Counted from the stretch's first letter, positions 21,924 through 32,949 are shown. The stretch is DNA of 64,000 nucleotides from Oligoflexales bacterium (GCA_965215515.1 OZ244057.1:1568001-1632000), one strand, 5' to 3'. Numbers and translations are program-made. Notes: generated by a model from the letters alone, not told the origin.

Positions 21924-22145
21924 CACTTTGTTCTATAGGACGAATCGTGATCTGGGTGAATCGATACTACCACCATGTAACGTTCCATTCTGCAAACAAC
22001 CGCACGCATCTTTGCCGACAACCTAACCGTAGCAAGCCGATGACCAGATGCTATCCTGCGATCGATCAATTCGTAGTTAAACCAGTCTTACGCCGTGAAC
22101 TTCCAGCTGATTGTGGATTTTGCCTTAACCCTTTGTTTTGCCACG
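21924..22145 (-). pseudogene. RelE/ParE-like toxin remnant with internal stop
   Basis: VAKQRVKAK...FTA*DW...VRLSAKMRAVV...SIHPDHDSSY; overlaps the upstream antitoxin-like ORF. Confidence 0.45.
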
Positions 22146-22360
22146 TCTACCAGCCGCTTTGATCTTCATCACCTCGTCTGCAAGCTCATGCACAGATGAA
22201 TGCTTGGGAATGTAGCTGCTTGCTAGCTTGTCAAACTCATCTATCCGTTGCAACATCTCGTCAGGCAAAGACTCTGCTTCACATACTGGCACGATCTCCA
22301 CCGGTGTGATTAGCACACGTCCATCGGCAAAGCTATCCACACGAGCAAAACTGCCACCGA
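22125..22360 (-). pseudogene. AbrB/MazE-like antitoxin, 5'-truncated
   Basis: RVDSFADGRVLITPV strand motif, coupled to the toxin remnant. Confidence 0.4.
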
Positions 22361-22543
22361 AAAGACGATACTAGCACAGAAGGATAGCTGATCTCCACGT
22401 AATTTCCACCAGCGTAGTTCCATCGAAAAACATCCCCTCCAAATTCCTTATCCTGCAAGCTTTTCAAGACCAAAGTTGTAGCATCGCCGTGAAGCAATTT
22501 TTCGCGGGCAGGTAAACTTGTTCTATTTGGAGGTATTTTCGTC

Positions 22544-22738
22544 GTGAGAAGCAAATCGTATGACAAAATGATTGCAGAGAAGATGCGTGACCCAGACCTT
22601 GCTAAGGCTGTGGTCATACATGCAGTTGAAAACGGTGATAGCATCGAGGAAGCCCTGACAATTGCCATTACCAGTATGGGTATAAAGGAATTTGCCGACA
22701 AATCGGGCTTATATTTGCTGTATTCAAAGACAGGGTGA
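22544..22738 (+). pseudogene. Addiction-module antidote (HTH) protein, truncated
   Basis: YDKMIAEKMRDPDLA...GIKEFADKSGL, then stops early in the HTH. Confidence 0.55.
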
Positions 22739-23722
22739 CCTGAAAACTGAAATGCTCACCAGTGTAGCTGCAGCTCGACACCAAAAATTAGCTGCGGTCA
22801 AAATAGCCGTTAATTTCTTGACTGCTAGACACCTCCCCGCATTATTAATTAGTAACATCAATCACTTATCTTTCTTTGCCTACTGCAGCCTGAAGTAGCC
22901 ATGAAGCAAGCACCGATAGCACCATGTATGTTCCTAACACACACGCTAGATGTCCTAGCTGGTATTGGTGAATGTCACTGATGAAGAGGGAGAAATGACT
23001 TTTAAAAATACGAGCAAGAACATCTTCTGTATGCGCTAGTGACATGCTGGGTGCTCTTTGCTCTTGCTTGCGAGATGATGTTGGGGTCAGTAGTCAAAAC
23101 GCCATAACTAATTGATATTAGGTTATTTTTAGGGATGAGATTTTATCAGTCCAGAGGGATGTCACTGTTTTGTTAGTTCACACTTAAGAGTAGAAATTTT
23201 GATGCAAACTGACCATGTGGTCAACGCTGTGTTGTGGTGAGAAGGCACGGCTAGGACTGACTACCAAACCAAGAAGGGCAAGGACAGCTTCAACAACTAG
23301 GCGAGGTTTATTAAAATCATGAGTCAATTAGAGGTTGTCGGATGTGCGCGATTATTTCTCGTTGTTGACGATACACCTGCCAATCTTGCCGCTTATTTCT
23401 GGCGGGTGTTGCCCACCAATCAGCGCGATGGCTATCGCCTTGAGTTCAGTTGATCACCTTATCACGATAAAAAGTGCCTTTTAAGACCGTTGCCTGTCAA
23501 GCCATACAGAAGCGAAGCCGCAGGATCAACACAGAGCTGCTTTTTTTGCTCTGGTAAGGGTGTAGATATCACCTTGTAAATTATTATATAACCACTTGAT
23601 TTTACGTAGTTGTCAAAATGGCAGCCACATCTGTATTCTTTGAGCAATCAGAAGTAGCATGTTCTCTGATTGTTCGACCAACACCGATGAGTTTTACTAG
23701 TAATAAACACCAGAGGTTTGTC

Positions 23723-23863
23723 ATGGTTACAATTGCATTTGCATCGCCCAAGGGCGGTGTCGGAAAATCAACCGCGGCGATACTGCTGGGGACTGAGTTT
23801 GCTCATGCTGGAGTTGATGTTCTTTTTCTAGATTGCGACCATAATCAAACGATAACAAGGTGG
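23723..23863 (+). pseudogene. parA: ParA-family ATPase truncated by a MITE
   Basis: ASPKGGVGKST deviant Walker A, LDCDHNQT, cut at 23864. Confidence 0.8.
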
Positions 23864-24037
23864 TGTAGATGCCCCCGTAAAAAGCGGAACATCACCTTGC
23901 CGTTGCTCTGCAACAACGGCCGCTTTCTCTCTATCGGGTGCCTCCGAACTTACGAAACGATCACTAACCATAACTGAACTCCTCCACGTGATTGTTAGAA
24001 GCCGATAGGGTGTCCGCTTTTTACGGGGGCATCTACA
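23864..24037. mobile_element. 174-bp MITE / internally deleted IS3-family-like element
   Basis: Perfect 25-bp terminal inverted repeats TGTAGATGCCCCCGTAAAAAGCGGA; residual GGAGGAG RBS and ATG on the minus strand; no target duplication. Confidence 0.85.
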
Positions 24038-24053
24038 ATGGGATTTTGATTTT

Positions 24054-25088
24054 TTATCCCGCTAGCGGTGATTCTTCGTGCCCTTCGTCTCGGTGGTGGC
24101 GGGGAAAATTTTCCGAGATGATGGTCAGCAGGGTACGGGAGAGGAAAGGCCAACGTGCCGAAGCGACCATTTCACGTGGTAGGGCGGCGAGGGCAGGATG
24201 CACGTAGCGCAGGTAATCACCCTTGTGGGTGACGAGGGTGAGCTTGGCGAAACTGCCGATTGCTTTTAGTTGACGTTGCAACAACAGCGCCGCCCAGTGT
24301 TCGTCGTTGCTTGCCACCGTAGTCGCGGGCAGTTGTTGTGCGATTCTTCGTTGCCCCGCGGCGAACAGCTGTAGTCTGGTGTCCAGTGTCAGAGGCAGAT
24401 AACTGTCGAAGCAGAGCGAGATAAGATCGTAGAGCGGCGAACCGATGCAGGCATCTTGAAAATCGATCACCATGATACGATCGGCGGTGACCATAAGATT
24501 GCGAGAGTGGAAATCTTTGTGAACAAAAAAATCAGAAAACTGCGCCAAAAAGTTGCTGATGGTGGCGAAATCACGGGTCAGAGCGTCGTTATCCGCGGGT
24601 GAAAGCGAGAGCTGCAGGGCATGATCGAGGAACATGCGGCGAAAAAAATTAAGTTCTTGCTGGTACGCTTCCGACGTGAAGCAGCGTTGTGCCCAGACAC
24701 GGTGATTATCCTTCGCGATGACCAAGAAATTGGCCACAATGTCAAAGCAACGTGCGAACAACGGTCTCCGCTCGCCTTCCGCCAGTGCTTTCTCCAGTGT
24801 TTGGTCACCGCAATCTTCGATGAGCAGACCGTCGGGCAGCGAGGCAACGATGTGTGGATAGCTGATCCGTGCCGTCTCTAGCACTGCGGCAACGTCCGTC
24901 CACTCGTAGCAACCTGCGGCCAGCTTGACCGCATCGGCGGGCGACAGTGCCATCAACACGTATGTGCGGTGTCGGTTAGCGTGCACACGATAGTAGCTGC
25001 GATCCGAGCCGTCGCCTGCGAGCGGCGCGATGTCGGTGACGGTGTTATCGAGGTGTTTGCCAACCTCGCGATAGAACCGTTCCTGCAT
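24054..25088 (-). CDS. amgK: Aminoglycoside phosphotransferase family; MurNAc/GlcNAc kinase AmgK-like
   Basis: LAGDGSDRSYYR, HKDFHSRNLM, IDFQDA, QRQLKAIGSF. Confidence 0.75.
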   Translation of the reverse strand: MQERFYREVGKHLDNTVTDIAPLAGDGSDRSYYRVHANRHRTYVLMALSPADAVKLAAGCYEWTDVAAVLETARISYPHIVASLPDGLLIEDCGDQTLEKALAEGERRPLFARCFDIVANFLVIAKDNHRVWAQRCFTSEAYQQELNFFRRMFLDHALQLSLSPADNDALTRDFATISNFLAQFSDFFVHKDFHSRNLMVTADRIMVIDFQDACIGSPLYDLISLCFDSYLPLTLDTRLQLFAAGQRRIAQQLPATTVASNDEHWAALLLQRQLKAIGSFAKLTLVTHKGDYLRYVHPALAALPREMVASARWPFLSRTLLTIISENFPRHHRDEGHEESPLAG

Positions 25089-25150
25089 GACGCATGCCCC
25101 TTAAGTACTAGGACTATCCTAGCGCAGCTTGTGCGTCTGAGACAGCATTA

Positions 25151-25315
25151 TTTTACGGGGGCATCTACACTATACCCCAAAAAATCAATCCAATCACTAC
25201 TTAGCAACAGCCCGAAACTTAAGCGGGAAATTTGGCAATTCCTGAACAAAATTAGTCCCACAACCATGATTGGCAATGGCCGCGTCTATGGTGGGGGCTT
25301 AAACTTTCAGGAGGA
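25151..25315 (+). pseudogene. Solo IS end followed by an N6-adenine methyltransferase C-terminal fragment
   Basis: TTTTACGGGGGCATCTACA (25151-25169), then LYPK...IWQFLNKI...GRVYGGGL. Confidence 0.5.
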
Positions 25316-25326
25316 ACTCCCACAGA

Positions 25327-26883
25327 CTATGCGGCAAACTTTCGCTTACGCCGATAGTATCCTTGGGCAATACGATCCATCACCATCGCACAGAGCAGAA
25401 TAGCCAGTCCTGCCAGCAAGCCTTGTCCTTTTGCGGCGTATTGCAGGGCTTCCAGGATCAGCGCTCCTAGTCCTTCCGCTCCGATCAGCGAGGCGATAAC
25501 CACCATCGATAAACTCATCAAAATCGTTTGATTAACACCTGTCATAATAGATGGTGTTGCCAATGGCAATTGCACTCTCCACAGTAGCTGCCACGACGAA
25601 CAACCGAAAGCGAGTGCGGCCTCTTGCGTATCGGCGGGCACAGCGCGAATGCCAAGTGCCGTGAGGCGAATTACAGGGGGAATAGCAAATATAATCGTCA
25701 CCAGCACACCTGGTGGTTTGCCTGTGCCGAAAAAAGCGATGATAGGAATTAGGTAAACGAAAATCGGCATCGTTTGCATGAAATCAAGCACAGGTTCGGC
25801 AAGACGATAAGCACGCGCATTACGCCCGAACCAGATGCCGAGAGGAATACCCAAGACGATGCAAATGCCTGCCCCCGCACCGATCAAAGCTACCGTTATC
25901 ATGGAAACTTCCCACAAACCGAAGAGAGCAAGATACGCCAGCGACGCGGCGGTAAAGATTGCCACACGTGTCCCTGCAAGACGAAAAGCTATCACCACCA
26001 ACACCAACATCACCACAGGCCACGGTGTACCCAGTAACATAACCTCCAAAGCATCGAGCAATATCACCACCGCCCGCACCACACCATCGAACACCTGCCC
26101 GAACTCGGCGATCACCTCCGCAAAAGCACGATCGCCGAGCCGTGCCACGTAGTTGAAAAATTCTCGCTCCAACGGAAATTTGGTAATGGTAAGCTTAGTG
26201 CCGAGCCAGCCGCCGCTCAACTTAGCCAGTGCCTGGTCGGGATCGAGGGCGACGAAACGGAAAATGGTGAGCGGGATGATCGCCAACAACAACACCGCAC
26301 CGATCACACAGCCGCGTCCGCTACAGCCACTCGTCTCGGAAGAAGGGCGGATACGCCAACGCCGATATTTTTTCTGGTAAATTTTATTGGCATAGAAGCC
26401 CGTGCAAATTTTAATGAGCAGCAGCACCGCAATACCGAGATACAGCGGGGCGAAGTTATCTTCCTGCCCTATTTGCTGAGTAAGCTGTGCAGCTACTTCG
26501 GTCAGGTTAGCGATCACGCGGCTAGCCGTCTCCACTGCGGCATGATTACCTGCCGCTTGTGCCTCCTGTAATTGTTGTTGACGAGTCGCGATGTTGGCTA
26601 ACAATTTTTGCTGCCGCAGCACCAGTTCTCCGCCCGCTTGTCCCCAGATCCCACGACCGATCTGCACCAGAGCCAGCAGTTCGAGCAACAACAGAAGCCA
26701 AAAAAGTCCCCACATACGTCGCCATGCCGCCCACAGGGAACCACCGACCGCGGCGGCACCGTTCCAACTCCATACCCATTGTGCCCTGTCGGCATTTTGA
26801 ATTTGGTCGAATGCCTGTCTGTAGTAGGTTGCGTGTCGTTGTACGAAAACAGGTACGTGTGCACCGAGTTCCTGTGTGCTCAC
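25327..26883 (-). CDS. proW: Glycine betaine/proline-type ABC permease with N-terminal DUF2628-like extension
   Basis: LDFMQTMPIFVYLIP, EAALAFG, GVNQTILMSLSMVVIASLIG; GTG start with AGGAG RBS in the last repeat unit. Confidence 0.85.
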   Translation of the reverse strand: MSTQELGAHVPVFVQRHATYYRQAFDQIQNADRAQWVWSWNGAAAVGGSLWAAWRRMWGLFWLLLLLELLALVQIGRGIWGQAGGELVLRQQKLLANIATRQQQLQEAQAAGNHAAVETASRVIANLTEVAAQLTQQIGQEDNFAPLYLGIAVLLLIKICTGFYANKIYQKKYRRWRIRPSSETSGCSGRGCVIGAVLLLAIIPLTIFRFVALDPDQALAKLSGGWLGTKLTITKFPLEREFFNYVARLGDRAFAEVIAEFGQVFDGVVRAVVILLDALEVMLLGTPWPVVMLVLVVIAFRLAGTRVAIFTAASLAYLALFGLWEVSMITVALIGAGAGICIVLGIPLGIWFGRNARAYRLAEPVLDFMQTMPIFVYLIPIIAFFGTGKPPGVLVTIIFAIPPVIRLTALGIRAVPADTQEAALAFGCSSWQLLWRVQLPLATPSIMTGVNQTILMSLSMVVIASLIGAEGLGALILEALQYAAKGQGLLAGLAILLCAMVMDRIAQGYYRRKRKFAA

Positions 26884-27325
26884 TGCTCTGCTCCTGCGTA
26901 CACAGACAGGTACGTGTGCACCGAGTTTACGCAAGCAGGTACGTGTGCACCGAGTTCCTGTGTGCTCACTGCTCTGCTCCTGCGTACACAGACAGGTACG
27001 TGTGCACCGAGTTCCTGTGTGCTCACTGCTCTGCTCCTGCGTACACAGACAGGTACGTGTGCACCGAGTTCCTGTGTGCTCACTGCTCTGCTCCTGCGTA
27101 CACAGACAGGTACGTGTGCACCGAGTTCCTGTGTGCTCACTGCTCTGCTCCTGCGTACACAGACAGGTACGTGTGCACCGAGTTCCTGTGTGCTCACTGC
27201 TCTGCTCCTGCGTACACAGACAGGTACGTGTGCACCGAGTTCCTGTGTGCTCACTGCTCTGCTCCTGCGTACACAGACAGGTACGTGTGCACCGAGTTCC
27301 TGTGTGCTCACTGCTCTGCTCCTGC
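26851..27325. repeat. 57-bp tandem repeat, 8 units plus one 29-bp partial
   Basis: Units start at 26851, 26937, 26994, 27051, 27108, 27165, 27222, 27279; partial at 26908. Confidence 0.95.
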
Positions 27326-28126
27326 CACAAATTCTCGCACGTAATCGTCAGCAGGGTGGTTGATAATCTCCTCAGGGGTGCCGATCTGCACGATACGACC
27401 GCTCTTCATCATGGCGATGCGATGCCCGATGTTGACCGCTTCGGCAAGATCGTGCGTAATAAACACCGTTGTCTTTTGTAAACGTGCCGCGATGTTCTTG
27501 AATTCCCGTTGCAGCTGCCTTCTTATCAGAGGATCAAGTGCCGAGAACGGCTCATCCATCAACAACAACGAAGGATCGGAAGCAAGTGCTCGTGCCAAAC
27601 CTACCCGCTGTTGCATCCCGCCCGACAACTGTGCGGGGAAACGTTCCTCGTTGCCTGCCAGATTGACCAGTGCTAAACACTCACACGCCACCTGCCATGC
27701 CCGTGTCTGTGATTCGCCCCGTATCGCTAGAGGCAAAGCCACATTGTCCCGCACCGTTAGATGCGGCAACAAGGCCATGTGCTGAAAAACCATGCCTATC
27801 TCATGTGCTCGCAAGTTCCGCAGTTCCTTTGACTTAAGGGCGAGCAGATCGTGTCCCAGAACCGTTATCTTGCCCGTCGTGGGGGCGATGAGACGATTGA
27901 GATGCCGCACCACCGTCGATTTACCCGAGCCAGACAAACCCATGATGCAAAAAATCTCCCCCCGCCGCACACTAAACGAACAGTCCGCAACACCGACATG
28001 ACAGTCATATTCCATGTAAATCTCGGAAGCAGTGAGTGTACGCTGTTGCATGGCAGCGATAACTTCTGCACCTCGCTCCCCAAAAACCTTCCACACACCC
28101 TCAAGCTTGATGACCTCGTCACCCAC
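27308..28126 (-). CDS. proV: Glycine betaine/proline ABC transporter ATP-binding protein
   Basis: GLSGSGKST, LSGGMQQRVGLARAL, DEPFSALDPLIR, PADDYVREF. Confidence 0.9.
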   Translation of the reverse strand: MGDEVIKLEGVWKVFGERGAEVIAAMQQRTLTASEIYMEYDCHVGVADCSFSVRRGEIFCIMGLSGSGKSTVVRHLNRLIAPTTGKITVLGHDLLALKSKELRNLRAHEIGMVFQHMALLPHLTVRDNVALPLAIRGESQTRAWQVACECLALVNLAGNEERFPAQLSGGMQQRVGLARALASDPSLLLMDEPFSALDPLIRRQLQREFKNIAARLQKTTVFITHDLAEAVNIGHRIAMMKSGRIVQIGTPEEIINHPADDYVREFVAGAEQ

Positions 28127-28293
28127 ACCACCAGTCCCCTATGCTATCTGCCCTCGCTGTGTAGTTTTTTTCCACCATCTTTGCAACCACGGAAGAACGA
28201 GAGTGCGGCGCACAAGACGCACCAAGATAAATATATGCTAAAGAAAATGCCGCTCGCACCGATAGGGCATCCGAGCGGGTCTGTGGGTGGGGT

Positions 28294-28917
28294 GTGGCAA
28301 AAATTCTGTTTACCATTGTAATGTCAGTAATTGCAGGTGCTTGTCATGATGATAGCCACCACTCCACGAAGCGTTTTCACGATGAAGCCGACGTGGTGTT
28401 GGCAGGCCATATCTACGGAGAGTGCGATGCGTATGTGGTGACGGATCGCACTAAGGGTATCGATATCTCTTCGCAAGATAAATTTTTCCGCCCCGCCGTG
28501 TTCAAGATTGAAGTTGCTGAAGGCGTGCCTGCAGCGGTTGAGATACTCATGCTCGCGAGCGATGATGACCATGATGAACCTCTCTATCCTCGGCCTGACA
28601 GCCTGTTGCAAATCGCTATCACACAACAGCCTGATCTGTTGCTGGGGGGTGGCAAGGAGGAGCGTTACCGCGGTGTGAGCGAGACCCAGCAAGACAACAT
28701 CGAGATCGGTTGGAGTACAGAAACGGGCCTAGAACTAGATGCACCGCACAGCACCGAGCATATTGTGCGAGTTGATTTGGCCAGCGATCCTTACGATGGT
28801 GAGGAGGGGGAACGCAGGTGGGGAAAACACTATGTGTGCCATCGCAACAACGCGGACATCGCTGCACTCGAGCGCGACTCCTACACGAGCCTCGTCGAGC
28901 AAGCGACGGCAGAGTAA
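28294..28917 (+). CDS. Hypothetical lipoprotein
   Basis: Signal peptide with IAGAC lipobox, acidic 207-aa ORF. Confidence 0.6.
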   Translation: MAKILFTIVMSVIAGACHDDSHHSTKRFHDEADVVLAGHIYGECDAYVVTDRTKGIDISSQDKFFRPAVFKIEVAEGVPAAVEILMLASDDDHDEPLYPRPDSLLQIAITQQPDLLLGGGKEERYRGVSETQQDNIEIGWSTETGLELDAPHSTEHIVRVDLASDPYDGEEGERRWGKHYVCHRNNADIAALERDSYTSLVEQATAE

Positions 28918-28960
28918 CTCCTTGTAGATGCACCCAAGAGAGAGGAAGCGGGGGTATAGT

Positions 28961-30055
28961 TCACTCCTCTTTTTTCAGTTCACCCCAGGTGGTGGTTTGT
29001 TTTCCTTTTGCCGCGACAGGCATAGCCTTGGGGTGGGCGGCGATGAGCTGTGCGAGCTCGTCGTGCCCGAGTTCTTTCGCCAACTCTAAAGGTGTTTTCC
29101 CCTCCTCGTTAGTCAAGAATGGTTTGGTGTCCGCGTGCTGAAGTAATTTCTGCGCCAGCCGCTGATAGCGGTGCTGTACCGCGTGATGCAGGGCGGTCAT
29201 CCCTTCCGCATCACGGGCGTTGACAGCGAGATTCTCATCCTGTTCGAGGACAATTATCGCTCCAATCTCCAACCCGTACTTGATGGCAAAGATCAGCGGA
29301 TATTTAGGGCGGCAGCCGAGCGGTACGTGTTCCAGTTCGTAATCGTCGAAAAAACAGTCCTTAAGCGATAACCCCTCATATCTTTGCTTGTAGAGCCAAA
29401 GGACACCGTTCTTGTCATCTCTACCGAGCATTTCGCCATCCTTGTTGAGACCCGAGGCTAGCATCATGGCGGAAGCGGGCTGCGTGCCTAGGCCACTATC
29501 AAGACCGCCCTTGTCCAGGTGCTGCAGTTCGTCTCTCTTGGCCTCAGGAATATAGGTATCCGCTAACCCGAAGGCATGACCCACCTCGTGCGCCAGGATA
29601 AACATGAAGCTGCCCACGACCTGCGTGCCCTTACGCATACGGATTAGCGGTGCTACTTTTTCGCCTATGAATGCACTCGAGTTATCTCTTTGATCACAAT
29701 GGAAGACGACGGAGAGGTGGCTACCTGGCAGTCTCTCTCCCAACAGGTAGCGGAAATCAGCGACAATTTTCCCTTGCTTGTTCTCGTATTCTCGCAGCGG
29801 TTGCAACCACATCTGTAGCACGGCGGTGATTGCCTCAGTCAAGGCGTTATCGTTGTTACGCTGTTCAGCGGGACAGTCAGCACCATAACTGTAGCTGATA
29901 TCCCAATGCGGCTCATGGACGCTATCGACCATAATGCGTGGCCGATAATCCCGCTTATGCTGCAACGCGATGAACTTCTTAGCCGCGGTCGGTGGCCGCA
30001 GCAGACAGGCGGTGAGCAGAACGAAAGAGCTGAGAATGGCTAGCAGTTTCATCAC
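28961..30055 (-). CDS. Lipoprotein metzincin-like Zn protease with ankyrin repeats and TTTWGELK tail
   Basis: LLTAC lipobox, HEVGHAFGLAD, QPASAM Met-turn, GMTALHHAV/GKTPLELA. Confidence 0.85.
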   Translation of the reverse strand: MMKLLAILSSFVLLTACLLRPPTAAKKFIALQHKRDYRPRIMVDSVHEPHWDISYSYGADCPAEQRNNDNALTEAITAVLQMWLQPLREYENKQGKIVADFRYLLGERLPGSHLSVVFHCDQRDNSSAFIGEKVAPLIRMRKGTQVVGSFMFILAHEVGHAFGLADTYIPEAKRDELQHLDKGGLDSGLGTQPASAMMLASGLNKDGEMLGRDDKNGVLWLYKQRYEGLSLKDCFFDDYELEHVPLGCRPKYPLIFAIKYGLEIGAIIVLEQDENLAVNARDAEGMTALHHAVQHRYQRLAQKLLQHADTKPFLTNEEGKTPLELAKELGHDELAQLIAAHPKAMPVAAKGKQTTTWGELKKEE

Positions 30056-30064
30056 GCTTCCTCC

Positions 30065-32949
30065 CTATGGTTCCCGCGTAAAAAAGCTAGGGGGCTCGCA
30101 ACACTGTGTTCCTGATATCCCGCACCTCGTATTATTGTCGGAGCCTGTCCCACAATCATTAGCATCACTAACAATGTGATTATTGAGCTGTGTGTTGACA
30201 CCCTTCGTAAAGTCGGTCTCATCCTGCAAGGCAGTATCAATTGCAAGGAGACAGGCGCAGGTGATGCTGCTGCCGCTTGTAGTTGTTTGGAAAATACCTC
30301 CGTCGACCTCACACTTATACTTTGCCACAGAGATTGTGTCACCTATCGAATAATTAGCATCACAGGTAGAGGTAGTGGGTTCTTTTTGGCAAGTGCATGA
30401 GCTGACTATCTCTTGTGCTGTCGTATACTGGAACTCCTGGGGTACGCAGAGTGTTGCTTTTGATCGACTCTTTTTAACCTCAGTTAGGCCCGCAGCGGAA
30501 CAGGGACTGGTGCAGGTGCGTTTTGCAATCGTCTCCTTCTGGCAAGTGCCGTTAGCATGTTCGATGCATCCTGGTTCCAGACCTGCCTGCCATTCATTGT
30601 TATCGCCGTTCACCGCACCATCCACCCAGTTGCCACAGTCCCCTACAGACCCAGGAGTTCTATTGCCATTGACATTTTGTGAGATACTTCTACTCCATCC
30701 TTGACTTGTGCATGCCGTTTGCGCCGCACTATAGCCAGGATCAGAAGCACCCCTAAGGCTTTCAAGTGTACAAACTTGCTCCATCTCCCCAGTCTGCTCG
30801 ATACAATGGCAGGTATACAGGTCGGTAAGGTCTACCGTACCCCAGCTTGTCGTAGTCCCACACTCGCATTTAAGGCAGCAGCCTGTACCTGAGTTATCGG
30901 TTGCTACGCCTGTCCAGTAGTCAGGGCTGGTGCAGCTCATGTAGTTAGTACCATCTGCTGGGATTACTTCCTCACCACTGAGACAGCACTTTGTGTTTTT
31001 GTCGCATACTTCGGGCTCAATCGTGCATTCCCCCGTACATTCACTCTCGTCGAAGCTCCAAGCCCCGCCACCACTGCAGTTGTTGCAGGTACTTCCATCC
31101 CAAGTGCCCATTACTTTGCCGCATTCAGCCGCATGATTATTACACACGCACTTGCCCGTCGGAGTAACTCCGAACACAGACAGCGCCTTGTTGAGCAGGC
31201 TGAATGAAGTACGAGCAGAGAAGTTCCATACCTTCTTGGGATCAGAGCAAGTGCACTTGCACCTATTATCGTTCCAGGTTGCATTGCTATCACCTACGCA
31301 CGCAGTCCTCTCAGCTGCTTTATCATCAGGGCACTGACACGTACAATTACTCGAATTGTATACTCTGTTCACGTATGTCGTCCCATCGCTGCTGTTGCAA
31401 TTGCAGCCACTATCATATGTAGCCCTTTCCCGTTCCCGACAGCTACCGTCCCTCGTCCCATCCAAACAGGCACTCTCACACTCTCCCACTTCCACCGCCG
31501 GCCCCCCTGAGCAATGCCCCTCCACTTGCTGTTCTGTCTCTGACTTCTTCGCACACACGCACCTACCCACCGTCCAGGGAGTAGGAGCCGTCCAGATGAC
31601 GGTGTAGTCTGAAGTTGGATTTATACAGGGGTCATCTTGAAGCACGCCTTCGTCGCTGCAGCAGTAGTGGGTATTGTGGTTGTCCTCCTTGCATCCTTCG
31701 GGCTCCTCAGTTTCAATGGCGGAGCAGTCACACGCATCTGGGTCCAAGTCCGTGTTCCAGCTGATTGTGTATGCATCATCACAGTTATCACCGCTGGGAA
31801 TGACACCACCAGTACCTTCCTCACTGCAGCAGTAGTTGCTCATGTTGCGCTGTCGGCATTCTTGGTCTCCATCCTTAGGATTGCAAGTGCAGTTAGCAGT
31901 ATCAACCCCGTGTGGGCAATCAGTAGCAGTAAGTGGACACTCGCACTGGCAGGTTGTGGAATTCCATGTGTAGTTGCCAGTACAAGACTGTGGAGCACAT
32001 CCACATTGGCAGTGACTGGGAATCCAGGTGTAACCTGGAGCACAATCATCTGCGCTTTTGTTGCATATACAACAATCAGGCTGACTTATATCTGTTTCCC
32101 ACCCGCCAACTTTGGCGCAGGTGGTGCATGGGGGGGGGGGTAGTACACGTACAAGTAGTACCATCCAGCACTGCTGGGGGAGTGCAGGTAATATTGCAGG
32201 CACAACAATCGTTACCGTGAGCAGTAACATCAAAGCTCCAGTTGGAGTTTAACCCAGCTTTATCGCAGGTTGTCTTTGGGTTTCCATACTCTCCTTCAGG
32301 ACAACACTGTGTACTCGGGTTGCATGTCGGAGGTGGTGGCGTTGGTGTCGGATCAGGCGGTGGTGTTGGTGTTGGCGGCGGCGGCGGTGGTGCCCCTAAG
32401 CCTGCGGGGCAGTACTTGGTGATGTTGCGGCAGACCGTGGGTTTGGCATCGCGCAACGCCATCCTCACCGCATCACCCCGCGTATAGTCACACTCCTCTC
32501 TCCCCCCCGCCATGACAATCGGGATAAATATACCTGCCCTCGCTATCGGCATAGGCAAAGGCAACCGCCTCATTACCAGGACGTAACTGTCCACAGGCTT
32601 GCGGACGGAAACCCAGATGGTTATTCAACCCCTGATCGCGATCATCGGCGTAGTCCCCACAATCACCCCTAGTACCGTCCTCATTCTTGTAGCCGATACC
32701 ACCATCAGGGGCGAGCAACGCGGAGCCACTGTAGTACCTGAAGTGTTCGATCTTATACACCGCCTGCAGACTGGCCAGATGGGCGAGGTTGCTCTTCGCC
32801 TCCCCCCGCCGTGCCTGCGCCAAGAAAGCATGATAACGCGGCAGCGCCAAGGCGACCAAAATGCCGATAACCGCCACCGCGACCATCAACTCCACCAAAC
32901 TTAAACCCGCTCTCGTCCGCACCACTTCCCTTTTTTTGGCTAAAAACAA
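30065..32949 (-). pseudogene. Pilin-Cys-rich fusion copy 2, split by two homopolymer frameshifts
   Basis: ORFs 32488..32949, 32076..32594 and 30065..32233 join if C7 (~32502-32508) is C6 and G11 (32130-32140) is G10. Confidence 0.85.

Noticed and set aside
22900..23600. Possible ncRNA or gene in the long ORF-poor gap
   Set aside because: No recognisable structure or motif; probably degraded coding DNA.
26851..27325. CRISPR array
   Set aside because: Units are identical with no unique spacers, derive from the proV/proW junction, and no cas genes are present.
26884..27330. Cys-rich N-terminal extension of ProW (667-aa ORF) and repeat ORFs on the + strand
   Set aside because: By-products of a 57-bp repeat with open frames; the RBS-backed start is at 26883.
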